IMG/VR virus record: IMGVR_UViG_3300042402_003577
Coordinates: 1 to 64,000 of that record
From: a virus
Direction: 5' to 3' (one strand)
Length of the DNA: 64,000 nt
Part shown: positions 39,912 to 49,884 of the stretch, in pieces
Position numbering within the stretch: the first letter of the stretch is position 1
Layout of the letters: each line of letters opens with the position of its first letter
Position numbers and translations under genes: made by a program
Notes under the pieces: model-generated
The model's database searches: none
Seen by the model: the letters and a program-made list of their open reading frames with translations, nothing else
What the model was told of the DNA's origin: nothing

Positions 39912-40364
39912 TTAATTATATTTTCTTATATCTAAAATTGTAGGTATAGTGCTCCCAATAACATCGTCTGAAGGAATTCCGTTCTTATATGAAGTAATTA
40001 GAATTGAATTAATAAAAATAGGGGCTACTTGGACTAAAAAAGTATCAGCTCCATTAGTAAAAGTGCCTCCTAATATTGTAGCATAATCTGAGGGGCTATT
40101 AAAAATAGGTTTGTCAAATACCACTGCATATTCTCCAGGATTTATATAACTATATGTTGCTGTTACTTGTAAACCATTACTAAACAAAACTTCTACTGTA
40201 GGTTCAATTGCTGCCCCAAATTGTTTTAATGAAACTGTGTAAGAAGTAAAATTGTCTAATCCACAACATTTATATATTAAGTTATACAGTCTTGTACCAG
40301 CAGTTCTCCCAAATAAAATAAAGAGGTCTTTTTTGCTTAATAATTTTTTTTCTAAAAATGCCAT
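39912..40364 (-). CDS. Putative tail/fibre accessory protein
   Basis: N-terminal LFG..AG.RLYNLIY.CC module shared with the next gene upstream. Confidence 0.5.
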   Translation of the reverse strand: MAFLEKKLLSKKDLFILFGRTAGTRLYNLIYKCCGLDNFTSYTVSLKQFGAAIEPTVEVLFSNGLQVTATYSYINPGEYAVVFDKPIFNSPSDYATILGGTFTNGADTFLVQVAPIFINSILITSYKNGIPSDDVIGSTIPTILDIRKYN

Positions 40365-40383
40365 TATCTATTTATTTATCAGT

Positions 40384-41331
40384 CTAATATGTTTTGTTTA
40401 GTATAAAAATATCACTATAAATATTATTACCTGCATTATTGGAACCCCATTGAACAGTTACATCTAATGTATTGTTTATTGTAGTGTTAAATGTAGTATT
40501 GTTAATTACATTAAATGCAAACCCTTGTGTAGTAGCATTATTTGTTTTAGTATAATGAAAACCACCTAACGAAACTATTGAAGCCACTCCTACACCTCCT
40601 ACTTGTCTAATTGTAAAATCTATGTTTAAACTCCAGACATCATTTATAATTGAATTTGTCAAAGCCTGTACACCACTATCTAATAGTATAGTTCCATTTG
40701 TCTTTACCTTTATTCTTATAGTTTGGTTATTAGCAGCATTCATAACTCCACCAAATACTGCTCTAAAACTATCGCCAACTTGAAATCCATTTGCAGGTAC
40801 ACTTAAAGTTCCAACGCCACCGTTAATTAAAGAACTTTCTACTGTTGTTCCTGAAATTATTGTACTATTACCAGTTTGTGCAAATAATCCTGGCATACCT
40901 ACAGGTCCTGGAACACCTTGTATTCCCTGAATACCTTGAGGTCCTTGAGGACCAACAAATGAATATGTATTCCAATAAACCCCTAAAGTAGAAGGAGGAA
41001 TTAATGCATCATTGTTAGCTATACAAATATAATAATTACCAAGATAGTTTACAATATCTCCTATTAAATATTGATTTGTACCTATTCTTGTTGGGTCCCA
41101 TTCAAATCCTGAAAGTCCTTGTGGGCCTTGTGGACCCTGTGGTCCTTGAGGACCTGAAGCTGGTACCCAGTCTCCTTGTTGATTTAAATATAGAGCTATG
41201 TTTCCTAAAGAACTTATACCTAAGCAATCTTTAATCATGCAACAAAAATTAGCACAACTACTATATAGTAAGTTATATAATTTTCTTCCTGCTTTATATC
41301 CAAAAAGTTTTATAATTGCTTCTCTTGTCAT
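40384..41331 (-). CDS. Collagen-like fibre protein with a CBM5/12-like module
   Basis: GPQ repeats flanking WDP...YLIGDIVNYLGNYYIC...PP....YW. Confidence 0.7.
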   Translation of the reverse strand: MTREAIIKLFGYKAGRKLYNLLYSSCANFCCMIKDCLGISSLGNIALYLNQQGDWVPASGPQGPQGPQGPQGLSGFEWDPTRIGTNQYLIGDIVNYLGNYYICIANNDALIPPSTLGVYWNTYSFVGPQGPQGIQGIQGVPGPVGMPGLFAQTGNSTIISGTTVESSLINGGVGTLSVPANGFQVGDSFRAVFGGVMNAANNQTIRIKVKTNGTILLDSGVQALTNSIINDVWSLNIDFTIRQVGGVGVASIVSLGGFHYTKTNNATTQGFAFNVINNTTFNTTINNTLDVTVQWGSNNAGNNIYSDIFILNKTY

Positions 41332-41340
41332 TTTTATTTA

Positions 41341-41868
41341 TTATACTGATAATACAAATAAATCACTACTTGGAGTTGCTGCCCCTACATAAAATTCTGG
41401 CATTTCAATTTCTCCAAAAAATACACCTTGTAAAGTTGCTTCTGCATACATTTCTGCAAATGTTCTATTATTTGTAGTAATAGTTGAAGGAGTTCCTCCT
41501 CCAGGAATAACAATTGTATTACCTTCAAGATCTGTTATTGTAGTGTCTGGAAAAGTAATTCCAGGAAAAGCTGTAACATTTAACCATAAATTAGTATTTA
41601 CAGACTCTAGGACTCCAAATTTATATACTTCTTCTGTAAGAATCATATCGGTAGGATTACCACTCCAAGAAGCAGGAAAATTCCATTTAATTCTAGCTTT
41701 TTGTACCCAATCTAAAAATTTATATCTATTATTAGGTTTAACTTGAAAAGCATCTAAAATTACAGTTTGATCTTTATCAGTAATTAATAAAGTTTTATTT
41801 TCTTCTGATAGAAAATCTATAAAATAATCAGTGGCTAATTTTATATATTTTACTCTAAATTCATTCAT
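41341..41868 (-). CDS. Hypothetical protein in the tail cluster
   Basis: 175-aa ORF in the operon. Confidence 0.5.
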   Translation of the reverse strand: MNEFRVKYIKLATDYFIDFLSEENKTLLITDKDQTVILDAFQVKPNNRYKFLDWVQKARIKWNFPASWSGNPTDMILTEEVYKFGVLESVNTNLWLNVTAFPGITFPDTTITDLEGNTIVIPGGGTPSTITTNNRTFAEMYAEATLQGVFFGEIEMPEFYVGAATPSSDLFVLSV

Positions 41869-41905
41869 TTCTTTATATTTTATTTTTTATTTACTTAATT
41901 ATTAA

Positions 41906-43687
41906 TTAAAAAGTATAACTACTAGCATCAACTACTTTTGGAATTGCAGTAACTAAAGGTGCATATATTACTGAATTAAAATTTGAATTAAGTGCTGGAC
42001 TTGCACCTGTATTTAAAAAAGTACCAGAATCTATCCAAAATTGTGTACCATTAACAGAAGTTCTAATGCCTGTTGATACATTATTTAAATCAAAAGTGCA
42101 ACCAGCAAAAGTAGAAGTATTGCCATTGTCTTCCCAGATATAAATTCTTTGTGAAGATGGATTTGCTAAAGCATAAGTTGTATTAAATATAAAAGTACAA
42201 TTTTCAAAATTACCAACTCCATTATTCCAACTCTCTATTACCCTATTAGCTTCTATACTTACTTGATATAATGTAACTTTACTTGATACATTATAAACGC
42301 CAAGTGAAGGAGTATTATAATTATAAGATGTAACTTTACCACCAGTCATTTTAAAATTACTTGCACCTGTAATACAAAAATATTTATTAATATATTCAGA
42401 GTTATTATTTTGATTTACAATATTAACATTAGAATTGGCTGTAAGATTAAAAGCTGTTTGAAAGCCTTCAATACAATTTGTACTGACATTATAAAGATTT
42501 TGTACATAAAGAGTACTTTGTTCAACTAAAAAAGCAGTACTTTGTGGTCCCCCAGAATTTCCATTTCTTATAGGAGTGTTAATTATGGTACCAGTACTAT
42601 TTCCTGTTAAAACAAACAAAGCTAAAGCACTAGGATTTGTAAAATCAACAGAACTTTCTGCTAAATATAAACTTGAATCTCTTCCTATAAAAAAATATCT
42701 ATTTACTGTATATGAGCCCCCTGATATAGTAATATTTCCTTGTCTTTCAGCATAAAATACAGGAGAGTTATTTACTGTATTTGAATCTACAAATATACAA
42801 TTATTTAATTGTAAACTAGCTCCTTGTGCTGCAACAAATAATGTTGATGAACTAGAATTGTTAGTTATTTTGACATTTGTTAAAGCAGCATGTGCTCCTG
42901 TAGCATATAATCCTATTATAGGAACATTATTTTCAGAAGCCAAAGTTAAATTACTAAAAGAAATAAATCCTGCTGAAAAACCATGTACTCCTTCTCCAGC
43001 GGACCCTTTAAGTATAACATTATCTTTAACCCCTGACAAAGACTCTACATATAATACATTTTTGTCAAGCAATAATGTATCAAATTCATATTGAGAATTT
43101 AAAATATATGTACCATTCTCTAATCTTAAAGTAATATTAGAATCATCAAAATGATATTTTGATAATTCAGCTAAAGCAGTGTTAATATTATTAAAAGGAG
43201 CAGTTTGACTTGCCCCGATAGTTATAGTAGCACTTCCTTGCCAAACAGGTTGTTTATCACTTATTAGTTCTTCTAAATCAGTATACCAGCATTTAATAGT
43301 ATTCCAAATATTATTTAGAGCGACAGTTAAAGAGGATCCTGTAGCAACAATGGTTGCAGTATTATCACAGTTTCTTATATTTGCCCCATCATATTCTACT
43401 GTAGTAGTAGTTGGAGTGGCAGCACATTTAACAGTATCCCAAAGTTGAGATAAGAAAGTGTTAAAGTTAGTTCCTCTAAATATATAATCATTGTCTGCAC
43501 AATCTTTTAGATTGTCTCCTGTATATATTAAACAGTTAGTAGATTGTAATCCACAAGGACATTCTTCTGTAAATTGTTCAGTAGCACAAGTGCAAGTAGT
43601 TGTACAATTGCAAGTAGGAGTTACTTGAGTACAACTTTGGCACTGGGAACAACTTGAGCAATTACAGTTTGGATAATTATTACACAT
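41906..43687 (-). CDS. Tail spike/fibre with a Cys-rich N-terminus and a right-handed beta-helix (pectin-lyase-like) domain
   Basis: N-terminal CxC/CxxC cluster, repeated YxG.N[LI]..C modules, APFNNINTAL...LENGTY start of the beta-helix. Confidence 0.7.
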   Translation of the reverse strand: MCNNYPNCNCSSCSQCQSCTQVTPTCNCTTTCTCATEQFTEECPCGLQSTNCLIYTGDNLKDCADNDYIFRGTNFNTFLSQLWDTVKCAATPTTTTVEYDGANIRNCDNTATIVATGSSLTVALNNIWNTIKCWYTDLEELISDKQPVWQGSATITIGASQTAPFNNINTALAELSKYHFDDSNITLRLENGTYILNSQYEFDTLLLDKNVLYVESLSGVKDNVILKGSAGEGVHGFSAGFISFSNLTLASENNVPIIGLYATGAHAALTNVKITNNSSSSTLFVAAQGASLQLNNCIFVDSNTVNNSPVFYAERQGNITISGGSYTVNRYFFIGRDSSLYLAESSVDFTNPSALALFVLTGNSTGTIINTPIRNGNSGGPQSTAFLVEQSTLYVQNLYNVSTNCIEGFQTAFNLTANSNVNIVNQNNNSEYINKYFCITGASNFKMTGGKVTSYNYNTPSLGVYNVSSKVTLYQVSIEANRVIESWNNGVGNFENCTFIFNTTYALANPSSQRIYIWEDNGNTSTFAGCTFDLNNVSTGIRTSVNGTQFWIDSGTFLNTGASPALNSNFNSVIYAPLVTAIPKVVDASSYTF

Positions 43688-43714
43688 ATTATTATTATTT
43701 TTTATTATTATTTA

Positions 43715-44746
43715 TTATGAACAACCTAGCCACTGGATAGGAATAGCTTGTATATGAACAGGTTGGGTGTTTATGGATTGAACACTAGAATTTATAGTAC
43801 TTCCTGTAAATGACCCAGTACCATTACCTGTAAATGTATGAGAGTGTAATCCTGAAGATCCTATTAATTTGGAGGAAGTATGACAAGCACCACTTGCTAA
43901 ACCCTCTTGATCTATACCCGCATTTCCACCACAAAAATCATCATTACCGAAAGGAATACCGTCAGTACAATTTCCACAAAAATTATCCTCATCTGCATCA
44001 TTAAAAATCATTCTATGCTTATGATTACCCGCCTCATTTGTAGTACCTGTTACGGTAAAATTAGCATTGGTGGTAAAAGATACAGGTGGAATATTTTGAG
44101 CACCTAAAGTTACTGAATTATTACCACTAGGAGTTGTAATTGCACTAGGGCCATATTTTATAAAATTATTTAAAGCATTTATAGTTGTATATGTAACTCC
44201 TCCTATAGTATGAGATTGTCCATTAGCTATAGCCCATCCTGCTACAGGACCATTAGACAATCCTAATCCAGTAGGCCCAAAATCGGTAGGTAAACCAAAA
44301 TAAGGTAATATTGTTTTTGGAGGAACAAGCCCATTTACTTTAAAAGTTTTTAAACTAGGTGTTTCAGTTAAAGTAACTCTACTTGGATCACAAGCGGTAA
44401 CTGTAACAGGTTTTGTTAATGCTAAATTATTTACTTGATTTTGTAAAGTAGTTAATTGAGTATTTAATATTTGTAATTGAGTACAATAAGCAGACTCAGT
44501 ATCTAATATACTTTGTAATACTGTTAATAAAGAAGTTTTAGTTAAATTAATACAAGGACTATTTTCTACTAAACTTGACATATCTAATTGACTTTGTAGT
44601 AATCCAATACAATTATCAAACTTAGCAATTACAGATGTAAGCAACTCTCCATTAGTAATAGTATTACCATTACAAATAATTAAATCTGGACCTGAATATT
44701 GAATTAATCCAGTGTTACTTTCTAAAGGGTTACAATCTACACACAT
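43715..44746 (-). CDS. Tail fibre protein with a collar-like domain and HxH motifs
   Basis: VPPKTILPYFG...GWAIANG collar pattern, G.NSVTL...NIP, AGNHKH, GLHSH. Confidence 0.7.
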   Translation of the reverse strand: MCVDCNPLESNTGLIQYSGPDLIICNGNTITNGELLTSVIAKFDNCIGLLQSQLDMSSLVENSPCINLTKTSLLTVLQSILDTESAYCTQLQILNTQLTTLQNQVNNLALTKPVTVTACDPSRVTLTETPSLKTFKVNGLVPPKTILPYFGLPTDFGPTGLGLSNGPVAGWAIANGQSHTIGGVTYTTINALNNFIKYGPSAITTPSGNNSVTLGAQNIPPVSFTTNANFTVTGTTNEAGNHKHRMIFNDADEDNFCGNCTDGIPFGNDDFCGGNAGIDQEGLASGACHTSSKLIGSSGLHSHTFTGNGTGSFTGSTINSSVQSINTQPVHIQAIPIQWLGCS

Positions 44747-44764
44747 ATTGTTTTAATTAATTTA

Positions 44765-44772
44765 CAAACTTA
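44765..44772 (-). promoter_or_regulatory. -7 promoter box
   Basis: TAAGTTTG on the minus strand about 19 bp upstream of ATG 44746. Confidence 0.45.
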
Positions 44773-44790
44773 TAAATAAATTTTATCTTT

Positions 44791-45399
44791 TTAACTATTG
44801 TTTTCTATTAAATGAGTAATTGGTTTTAAGTTTAGACATTGCAAAGTAGAAAAAACCTCAAAAGGAACATATTCATAAGCAAAGGTTTCAGTATACAAAT
44901 AAGATTCATTAGAAAAGATTTCATTATTAATAGCATCATACTGGAAATTAAAAAATCCTAAATAGTTTGCTTTTTCTAATATTTCTAATACTTTTGCTAC
45001 ATCTGCTACAGTATTTATTTGACAATTTATCCATAAAGAATAAATATAAAACCCTTCTGTATTAGGTATTGGAGGTAATTCAAATCTAAATTCTTTTGAA
45101 GTGTCAACAGTTTTAGTAATTGTTTTCACTATTAACTCAACTTTATTACCAACAATTTTATTGAATCTTTTTATAGTTTTAACGGTACCCTCTTCATTGC
45201 TAGTACAACTAAAAAATAACTTACTCATTTCTGGTAAGTTAAAGTTATTTTCTAATAATTGCTTTATGTAAATTAACTTTTGTAGTTTATCCTTACAAAC
45301 TTTATATCCGTAAGTTTCTGATCTACAGAAAGATTGCACTAATTTTGAAATTTGAGCATCTAAATTACACAATAAATCTTTATAAGTACTTAATGTCAT
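44791..45399 (-). CDS. Hypothetical tail-region protein
   Basis: ORF in the operon. ATG 45399 (MTLSTYK) is preferred over the overlapping start at 45423. Confidence 0.55.
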   Translation of the reverse strand: MTLSTYKDLLCNLDAQISKLVQSFCRSETYGYKVCKDKLQKLIYIKQLLENNFNLPEMSKLFFSCTSNEEGTVKTIKRFNKIVGNKVELIVKTITKTVDTSKEFRFELPPIPNTEGFYIYSLWINCQINTVADVAKVLEILEKANYLGFFNFQYDAINNEIFSNESYLYTETFAYEYVPFEVFSTLQCLNLKPITHLIENNS

Positions 45400-45407
45400 C
45401 TTTTTAT

Positions 45408-45974
45408 TTATTTGCAGCCACAATCAATGTTTAGCACCTCTAATTTGTATTGAAGGCATTCATATATTTCCGTGGCAGTTTCTTTTTTACAAAGACTGGC
45501 AGAAGATTTTAATCCTTCTCTATATAGTTTCAAAGTCTCAATATCTCTTGTTTCTTGTCTTAATTTACCTGTACAATCATTTTCATTGCAACATTTATTT
45601 TGTAAAAGATCTAAGGTTCTTTTATCAATAGTGCAGTCTAATTGGCATGTATTAAAATAGCAAAAAGTTTCGCTATTAGTTACAATAGGGCTATTAGGCT
45701 CTAATTGCTGCTCAACCACTAATTCTAAAGTATAATAGCCTTCTGCTATATCTTGTAAATATTTACTAAGATTAGTTTGTTGGCCTAGATTTTTAGCATT
45801 TAAAATAAGCTGGCCTTCAAAAGGAATTAATAATTTTATAGTTTCAGTTTGACCTGGAACTAATATATTAACATAGGTAGATACAATATTGCCTAATGTC
45901 AAATCGTACTCAGAAGTATTATTTACATAAATATACTTGCAACTATGCTGACTAAATTCTAAATTTAAATTCAT
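45408..45974 (-). CDS. Putative tail hub/structural protein
   Basis: DIAEGYYTL motif and a Cys-rich C-terminus ending CGCK; position in the tail cluster. Confidence 0.5.
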   Translation of the reverse strand: MNLNLEFSQHSCKYIYVNNTSEYDLTLGNIVSTYVNILVPGQTETIKLLIPFEGQLILNAKNLGQQTNLSKYLQDIAEGYYTLELVVEQQLEPNSPIVTNSETFCYFNTCQLDCTIDKRTLDLLQNKCCNENDCTGKLRQETRDIETLKLYREGLKSSASLCKKETATEIYECLQYKLEVLNIDCGCK

Positions 45975-45975
45975 T

Positions 45976-46644
45976 TTATTTATTTTTGAAACTTTCGTAT
46001 AAGTTTAATATTTCTTCTACAATTGGATCTCTATGGTTAGTTTTTAAAACAATTTTACTAAATTTTTTCAACCCTTGTTCTTGTAAAAATTCTAAAAATT
46101 TTATTCCTGATGTTACTCCTTTACTTAAATCTATTTGATTAACGTCTCCACATAACATCATCTTGCTTCCTTTACCCAATCTCTCCATCACCATTTTTAC
46201 TTGGCTTTCAGTAGTATTTTGCACTTCATCCACTATAATTACAGCTTCACAAAATGTACTTCCCCTCATATACGCAAAAGGTTTTATTTGTATAGACCCT
46301 TCCTTTATCATGTTATCTATCTTATCTTTTTTATACAAAGCATAAAAATTTTGATAAATAGCTTGCACATAAGGATCTAATTTATCTTCTAACCCTCCTG
46401 GCAAAAAACCTAGTTTTTCTCCTGCTTCTAAAGCGGGCCTTGTTATTATAATGTGCTTAACTTGTTTCTTAAAAAACAAATCTAAGGCTACTTGACAAGA
46501 TACTAAAGTCTTTCCACTTCCTGCTTTTCCTGCAATATATGTTATACTATTTTCTAGTATAACAGATTTTGCTTGTTTTTGTTCCTCATTTAAACTAACT
46601 TGGAACCTTATATTTTTTTCTCTTTCATTTGCAAAGTCTGGCAT
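45976..46644 (-). CDS. phoH: PhoH-family ATPase
   Basis: GKAGSGKT, ITRP, LGFLPG..EDKLDPY, YMRGSTF, DEVQN, RLG..SK, GD..QID, NHR. Confidence 0.95.
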   Translation of the reverse strand: MPDFANEREKNIRFQVSLNEEQKQAKSVILENSITYIAGKAGSGKTLVSCQVALDLFFKKQVKHIIITRPALEAGEKLGFLPGGLEDKLDPYVQAIYQNFYALYKKDKIDNMIKEGSIQIKPFAYMRGSTFCEAVIIVDEVQNTTESQVKMVMERLGKGSKMMLCGDVNQIDLSKGVTSGIKFLEFLQEQGLKKFSKIVLKTNHRDPIVEEILNLYESFKNK

Positions 46645-46692
46645 AAATATAATTTAGATGTATTGCAAATATGAGAATTAATTTTGAGTTTA

Positions 46693-46980
46693 CTAAATAA
46701 AAGTTTGAGTTAATTCTCCGTTTAAATTATATATAACGTGTAATTTATTTTTATTTTCTGGTATATAAGTTGCAGAGATTAATTCAAATGTATTTTTTTT
46801 ATTTAAAGTTTTTTCAAAACTAGCAAATGCACTAGAAGCTGCTTTTTTATCTGCTGCTGAAGGAGTGCTTTCTACTCTTTCAATAGTAGTTTTAACTAAT
46901 TTAGTTTCTTCATTCTTAGTTTGAATGGCATTTGGAGTTATTTCTACCCAATTGTTATTTTTTAATTCTAAATATTTCAT
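46693..46980 (-). CDS. Hypothetical protein
   Basis: 95-aa ORF in the operon. Confidence 0.5.
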   Translation of the reverse strand: MKYLELKNNNWVEITPNAIQTKNEETKLVKTTIERVESTPSAADKKAASSAFASFEKTLNKKNTFELISATYIPENKNKLHVIYNLNGELTQTFI

Positions 46981-46984
46981 GTTG

Positions 46985-48394
46985 TTATATATTATTTGTT
47001 GTTGAACCTAATCCATAATTAATAGGGTTGTTAGTTGCATCTGTACAATAAATAGCTGTACCTGGGCCTGCTGGATTCATACCTTTTGTATAAGCAGCAT
47101 ATCCACCCATTCCACTTTGTGAACCTCCTATCCATCCTCCAAGACCATTACATACACAATAGTAAAAAGTACCATTAGCAAAATTAGTACCAAAAGAGTT
47201 TTCATCAGCAACACAATTAAAATATTGTCCTCCTGCAATTAAACTAGGCCAACCTTGTAAACCTGCACCAAATGAATTTATTCCTGCTCTACAATTTTTA
47301 TAAGTACCATTTGCTTGGTCAGCACCAAAAGATTCTATACCTGCTGTACAATTTGTAAATACAACATCAGTTGCTACAATTCTAACTCCAAATGAAAAAT
47401 CTCCTGCTTTGCAATCCGTAAAAGTAGTACTATAAATTTCAGAAACTGTACCTATATCAGAAGTTTTTCCAAATGAATTTTCATTGGCTTTACAATTTCT
47501 AAACGTACAACCTTCAATATAAGTACCAAAAGAACCTTCTTCTGCAGTACAATTAATAAAATTACTGTTCATTAATGTAGAAATTCCATTTGTTCTTCCG
47601 AAAGAATAACTTGTAGCACTACAATTGGTTAATGTTGAAGAGTTAATACTATTATTAGTTCCAAAAGAATCTCCAGAGTTAGATTTACAATCGGTTAAAT
47701 TACAACCTAATAAATCATGATAACCAAAACTACTAAATCCTGCTGTACAATTTTTTAAGTCACAACTAGATAATGTATATCCAAATGACCAATCTTCTGC
47801 TGCACAATTTTCTAAAGTAGAAGCTGCTAAAATTTGTCCATTATCAGCATCTCCAAAAGAATATAATCCTCCTACACAATTTTTAAAATTACCTGCAACA
47901 TCTCCGCTTGTACTAGGATTAGAAAAGTTATAATCTCCACCAATTATATTTTCAAAATAATTATTACTATAAGCACTATTAATTGTAATAGCTTGACTAC
48001 CTAAGTTAAACCCTTTTATAATAATATCTGAAGAATCCACTATAATAGCAGTATTACTGCTAGAACAAGTTAAAAATACATCTGCATCTCCTGTTAGTGA
48101 AACTAAATCTATATAAGGAGTGTCCATTTCTAAAGAATCAAAAAAAGTATACTTTCCTGGAGCTACTAATACAGTCATTCTGTTAGTATCAGACAAAAGT
48201 TGCCCATTTGGAGTAACTGTTTTTGCAAAAGCTAATTTGTCTACTAATTCAGTACCATTACTAAGAGTATTCAAAAGATTACCATAAACTACTATATAAT
48301 TATTACCTTTTAGTTGATCTTTTGCTTCTAGTTTATCAATAACTGATACATATAAACTATTTCCTAAGTCTGAATTTGTTATTAATGTTGCCAT
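46985..48394 (-). CDS. Repetitive beta-helix fibre/spike protein
   Basis: VLVAPGKY followed by many NCxA..xSFG repeats. Confidence 0.7.
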   Translation of the reverse strand: MATLITNSDLGNSLYVSVIDKLEAKDQLKGNNYIVVYGNLLNTLSNGTELVDKLAFAKTVTPNGQLLSDTNRMTVLVAPGKYTFFDSLEMDTPYIDLVSLTGDADVFLTCSSSNTAIIVDSSDIIIKGFNLGSQAITINSAYSNNYFENIIGGDYNFSNPSTSGDVAGNFKNCVGGLYSFGDADNGQILAASTLENCAAEDWSFGYTLSSCDLKNCTAGFSSFGYHDLLGCNLTDCKSNSGDSFGTNNSINSSTLTNCSATSYSFGRTNGISTLMNSNFINCTAEEGSFGTYIEGCTFRNCKANENSFGKTSDIGTVSEIYSTTFTDCKAGDFSFGVRIVATDVVFTNCTAGIESFGADQANGTYKNCRAGINSFGAGLQGWPSLIAGGQYFNCVADENSFGTNFANGTFYYCVCNGLGGWIGGSQSGMGGYAAYTKGMNPAGPGTAIYCTDATNNPINYGLGSTTNNI

Positions 48395-48419
48395 TTTTTA
48401 TATTTTTATTTTATTATTA

Positions 48420-49013
48420 TTAATATCCCCACCCTAAAGTATTTCCTGCTAAATCAAATAGTTCCACTGTAGTTCCATTTGTGTTAGTAGGAAGTATATA
48501 TCCTATTAAGTTACCCGCTAAATCATTTAGCACAACTGTTGCTTCAGGACAAATAGTATTATTAGGAAATATGTATGCAATATGATTGCCTGCTAAGTCT
48601 AATAAATCAACTGTAGCATTTGCTAAATTACATCCACCACAAGACACTAATCCACAACAGATTAGCAAATTAGTTACTATTTTGTCAAAGTTCAAAGTTT
48701 CAATAGTAGCTTTTGGTCTAATTTGACCTCCATCTATCCACCATTGAAAATCAGTTGAATCTACACAAAGTGTAGTACCTGCTTTACAGTTATATATATC
48801 CAATATAAGCTTCGTAAGAGAAATAAATTTATTATTAGGTCTTTTATTAGATTTAATTATATATGCTTTCTTTAAATAGGTATTTGAAGTAGCATCACAA
48901 GTTAGACTATAGCAATTAAATATATCACATAATATATTGCTGAAACTGGTATAGCCTGCTAATTTAGCAGCCTTACCTTGTCCCTTAAAAATTGCTTCTG
49001 ATATTATGTACAT
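48420..49013 (-). CDS. Paralogue 3 of the Cys-module virion protein family
   Basis: IISE.I.KG..DIF.C / D.YNC..GTTLC / QWWI...IRP..T.ET.NF shared with the next two genes; C-terminal DLAGN.IxY repeats (3 copies). Confidence 0.6.
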   Translation of the reverse strand: MYIISEAIFKGQGKAAKLAGYTSFSNILCDIFNCYSLTCDATSNTYLKKAYIIKSNKRPNNKFISLTKLILDIYNCKAGTTLCVDSTDFQWWIDGGQIRPKATIETLNFDKIVTNLLICCGLVSCGGCNLANATVDLLDLAGNHIAYIFPNNTICPEATVVLNDLAGNLIGYILPTNTNGTTVELFDLAGNTLGWGY

Positions 49014-49025
49014 GCAGTCTATTTA

Positions 49026-49841
49026 TTAAAAAGTAACAGTGTTTACATCTGCAGTTAAATCTGCCTGAACACCAGCACTAGGTTGGTCAGAAGTTTGTTG
49101 ACTTGAACTATTCCAAGTACCTTTTGGTAGAGTACCTTGTAAGAATAATCCCCCTAAAATATCTAATCCATCAGTGTTAAACTCTTGACCAGAAATATCT
49201 ATATAAGAAGTTTCTATAGGTAGAGTAGTTATTGAAAATAATTGAGGATTAGCTAAGAATGTAAAGTCTAGTATTTCTGCACCAGAAATAGATGCTGCAA
49301 GGTAATCTCCTTGTTTTGCAAAATTACTTACAACTGGAGTTCCATTACCCATAGCAACTAATAATGCTAGGAAATCAGCTTCACTTGCAACTCCTGCTGT
49401 TGGCCAACCTTCTGCGTATGCTCTAAAATTTAAAGGAGTACATGTATTAATAATACCACAACAATTTAAAACTTTTTCTATAATTGGTGTAAAATTAATA
49501 GTTTCTATAGTTTTTGCGGGTCTAATTACATCTGTAGTAATCCACCATTGAGCACTTCTTGACCCTGGACATAATGTTGTACCTGTAAAACAGTTATAAA
49601 CATCTAACACTAATTTGTTTAGAGATTGCCAATTAGCTCCTGGTTTTTTTCTTCCGTAAAGTAAAGAGGATTTTCTTAGAAAATAATCTGATTTGCTGGC
49701 AAGTAGTCCATTGCAACAAGTTATACCAAAACAAGAGAATATGTCTCCCATTAAGTCGGACATATTAACAAAAGCTCCTTGATTTACAAGTTTATGTTTT
49801 CCTTTATAAATTGTCTCTGAAATAATATTAATTCTTTTCAC
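49026..49841 (-). CDS. Paralogue 2 of the Cys-module virion protein family (GTG start)
   Basis: N-terminal ~130 aa highly similar to 49885..50973. Confidence 0.65.
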   Translation of the reverse strand: MKRINIISETIYKGKHKLVNQGAFVNMSDLMGDIFSCFGITCCNGLLASKSDYFLRKSSLLYGRKKPGANWQSLNKLVLDVYNCFTGTTLCPGSRSAQWWITTDVIRPAKTIETINFTPIIEKVLNCCGIINTCTPLNFRAYAEGWPTAGVASEADFLALLVAMGNGTPVVSNFAKQGDYLAASISGAEILDFTFLANPQLFSITTLPIETSYIDISGQEFNTDGLDILGGLFLQGTLPKGTWNSSSQQTSDQPSAGVQADLTADVNTVTF

Positions 49842-49884
49842 GTTTTTATTTTTTTATTAAATTTTTTATTTTAATTATTTAATA

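Noticed and set aside
40900-41160. 9-bp periodic repeats
   Set aside because: Fully explained by collagen-like GPQ coding repeats.
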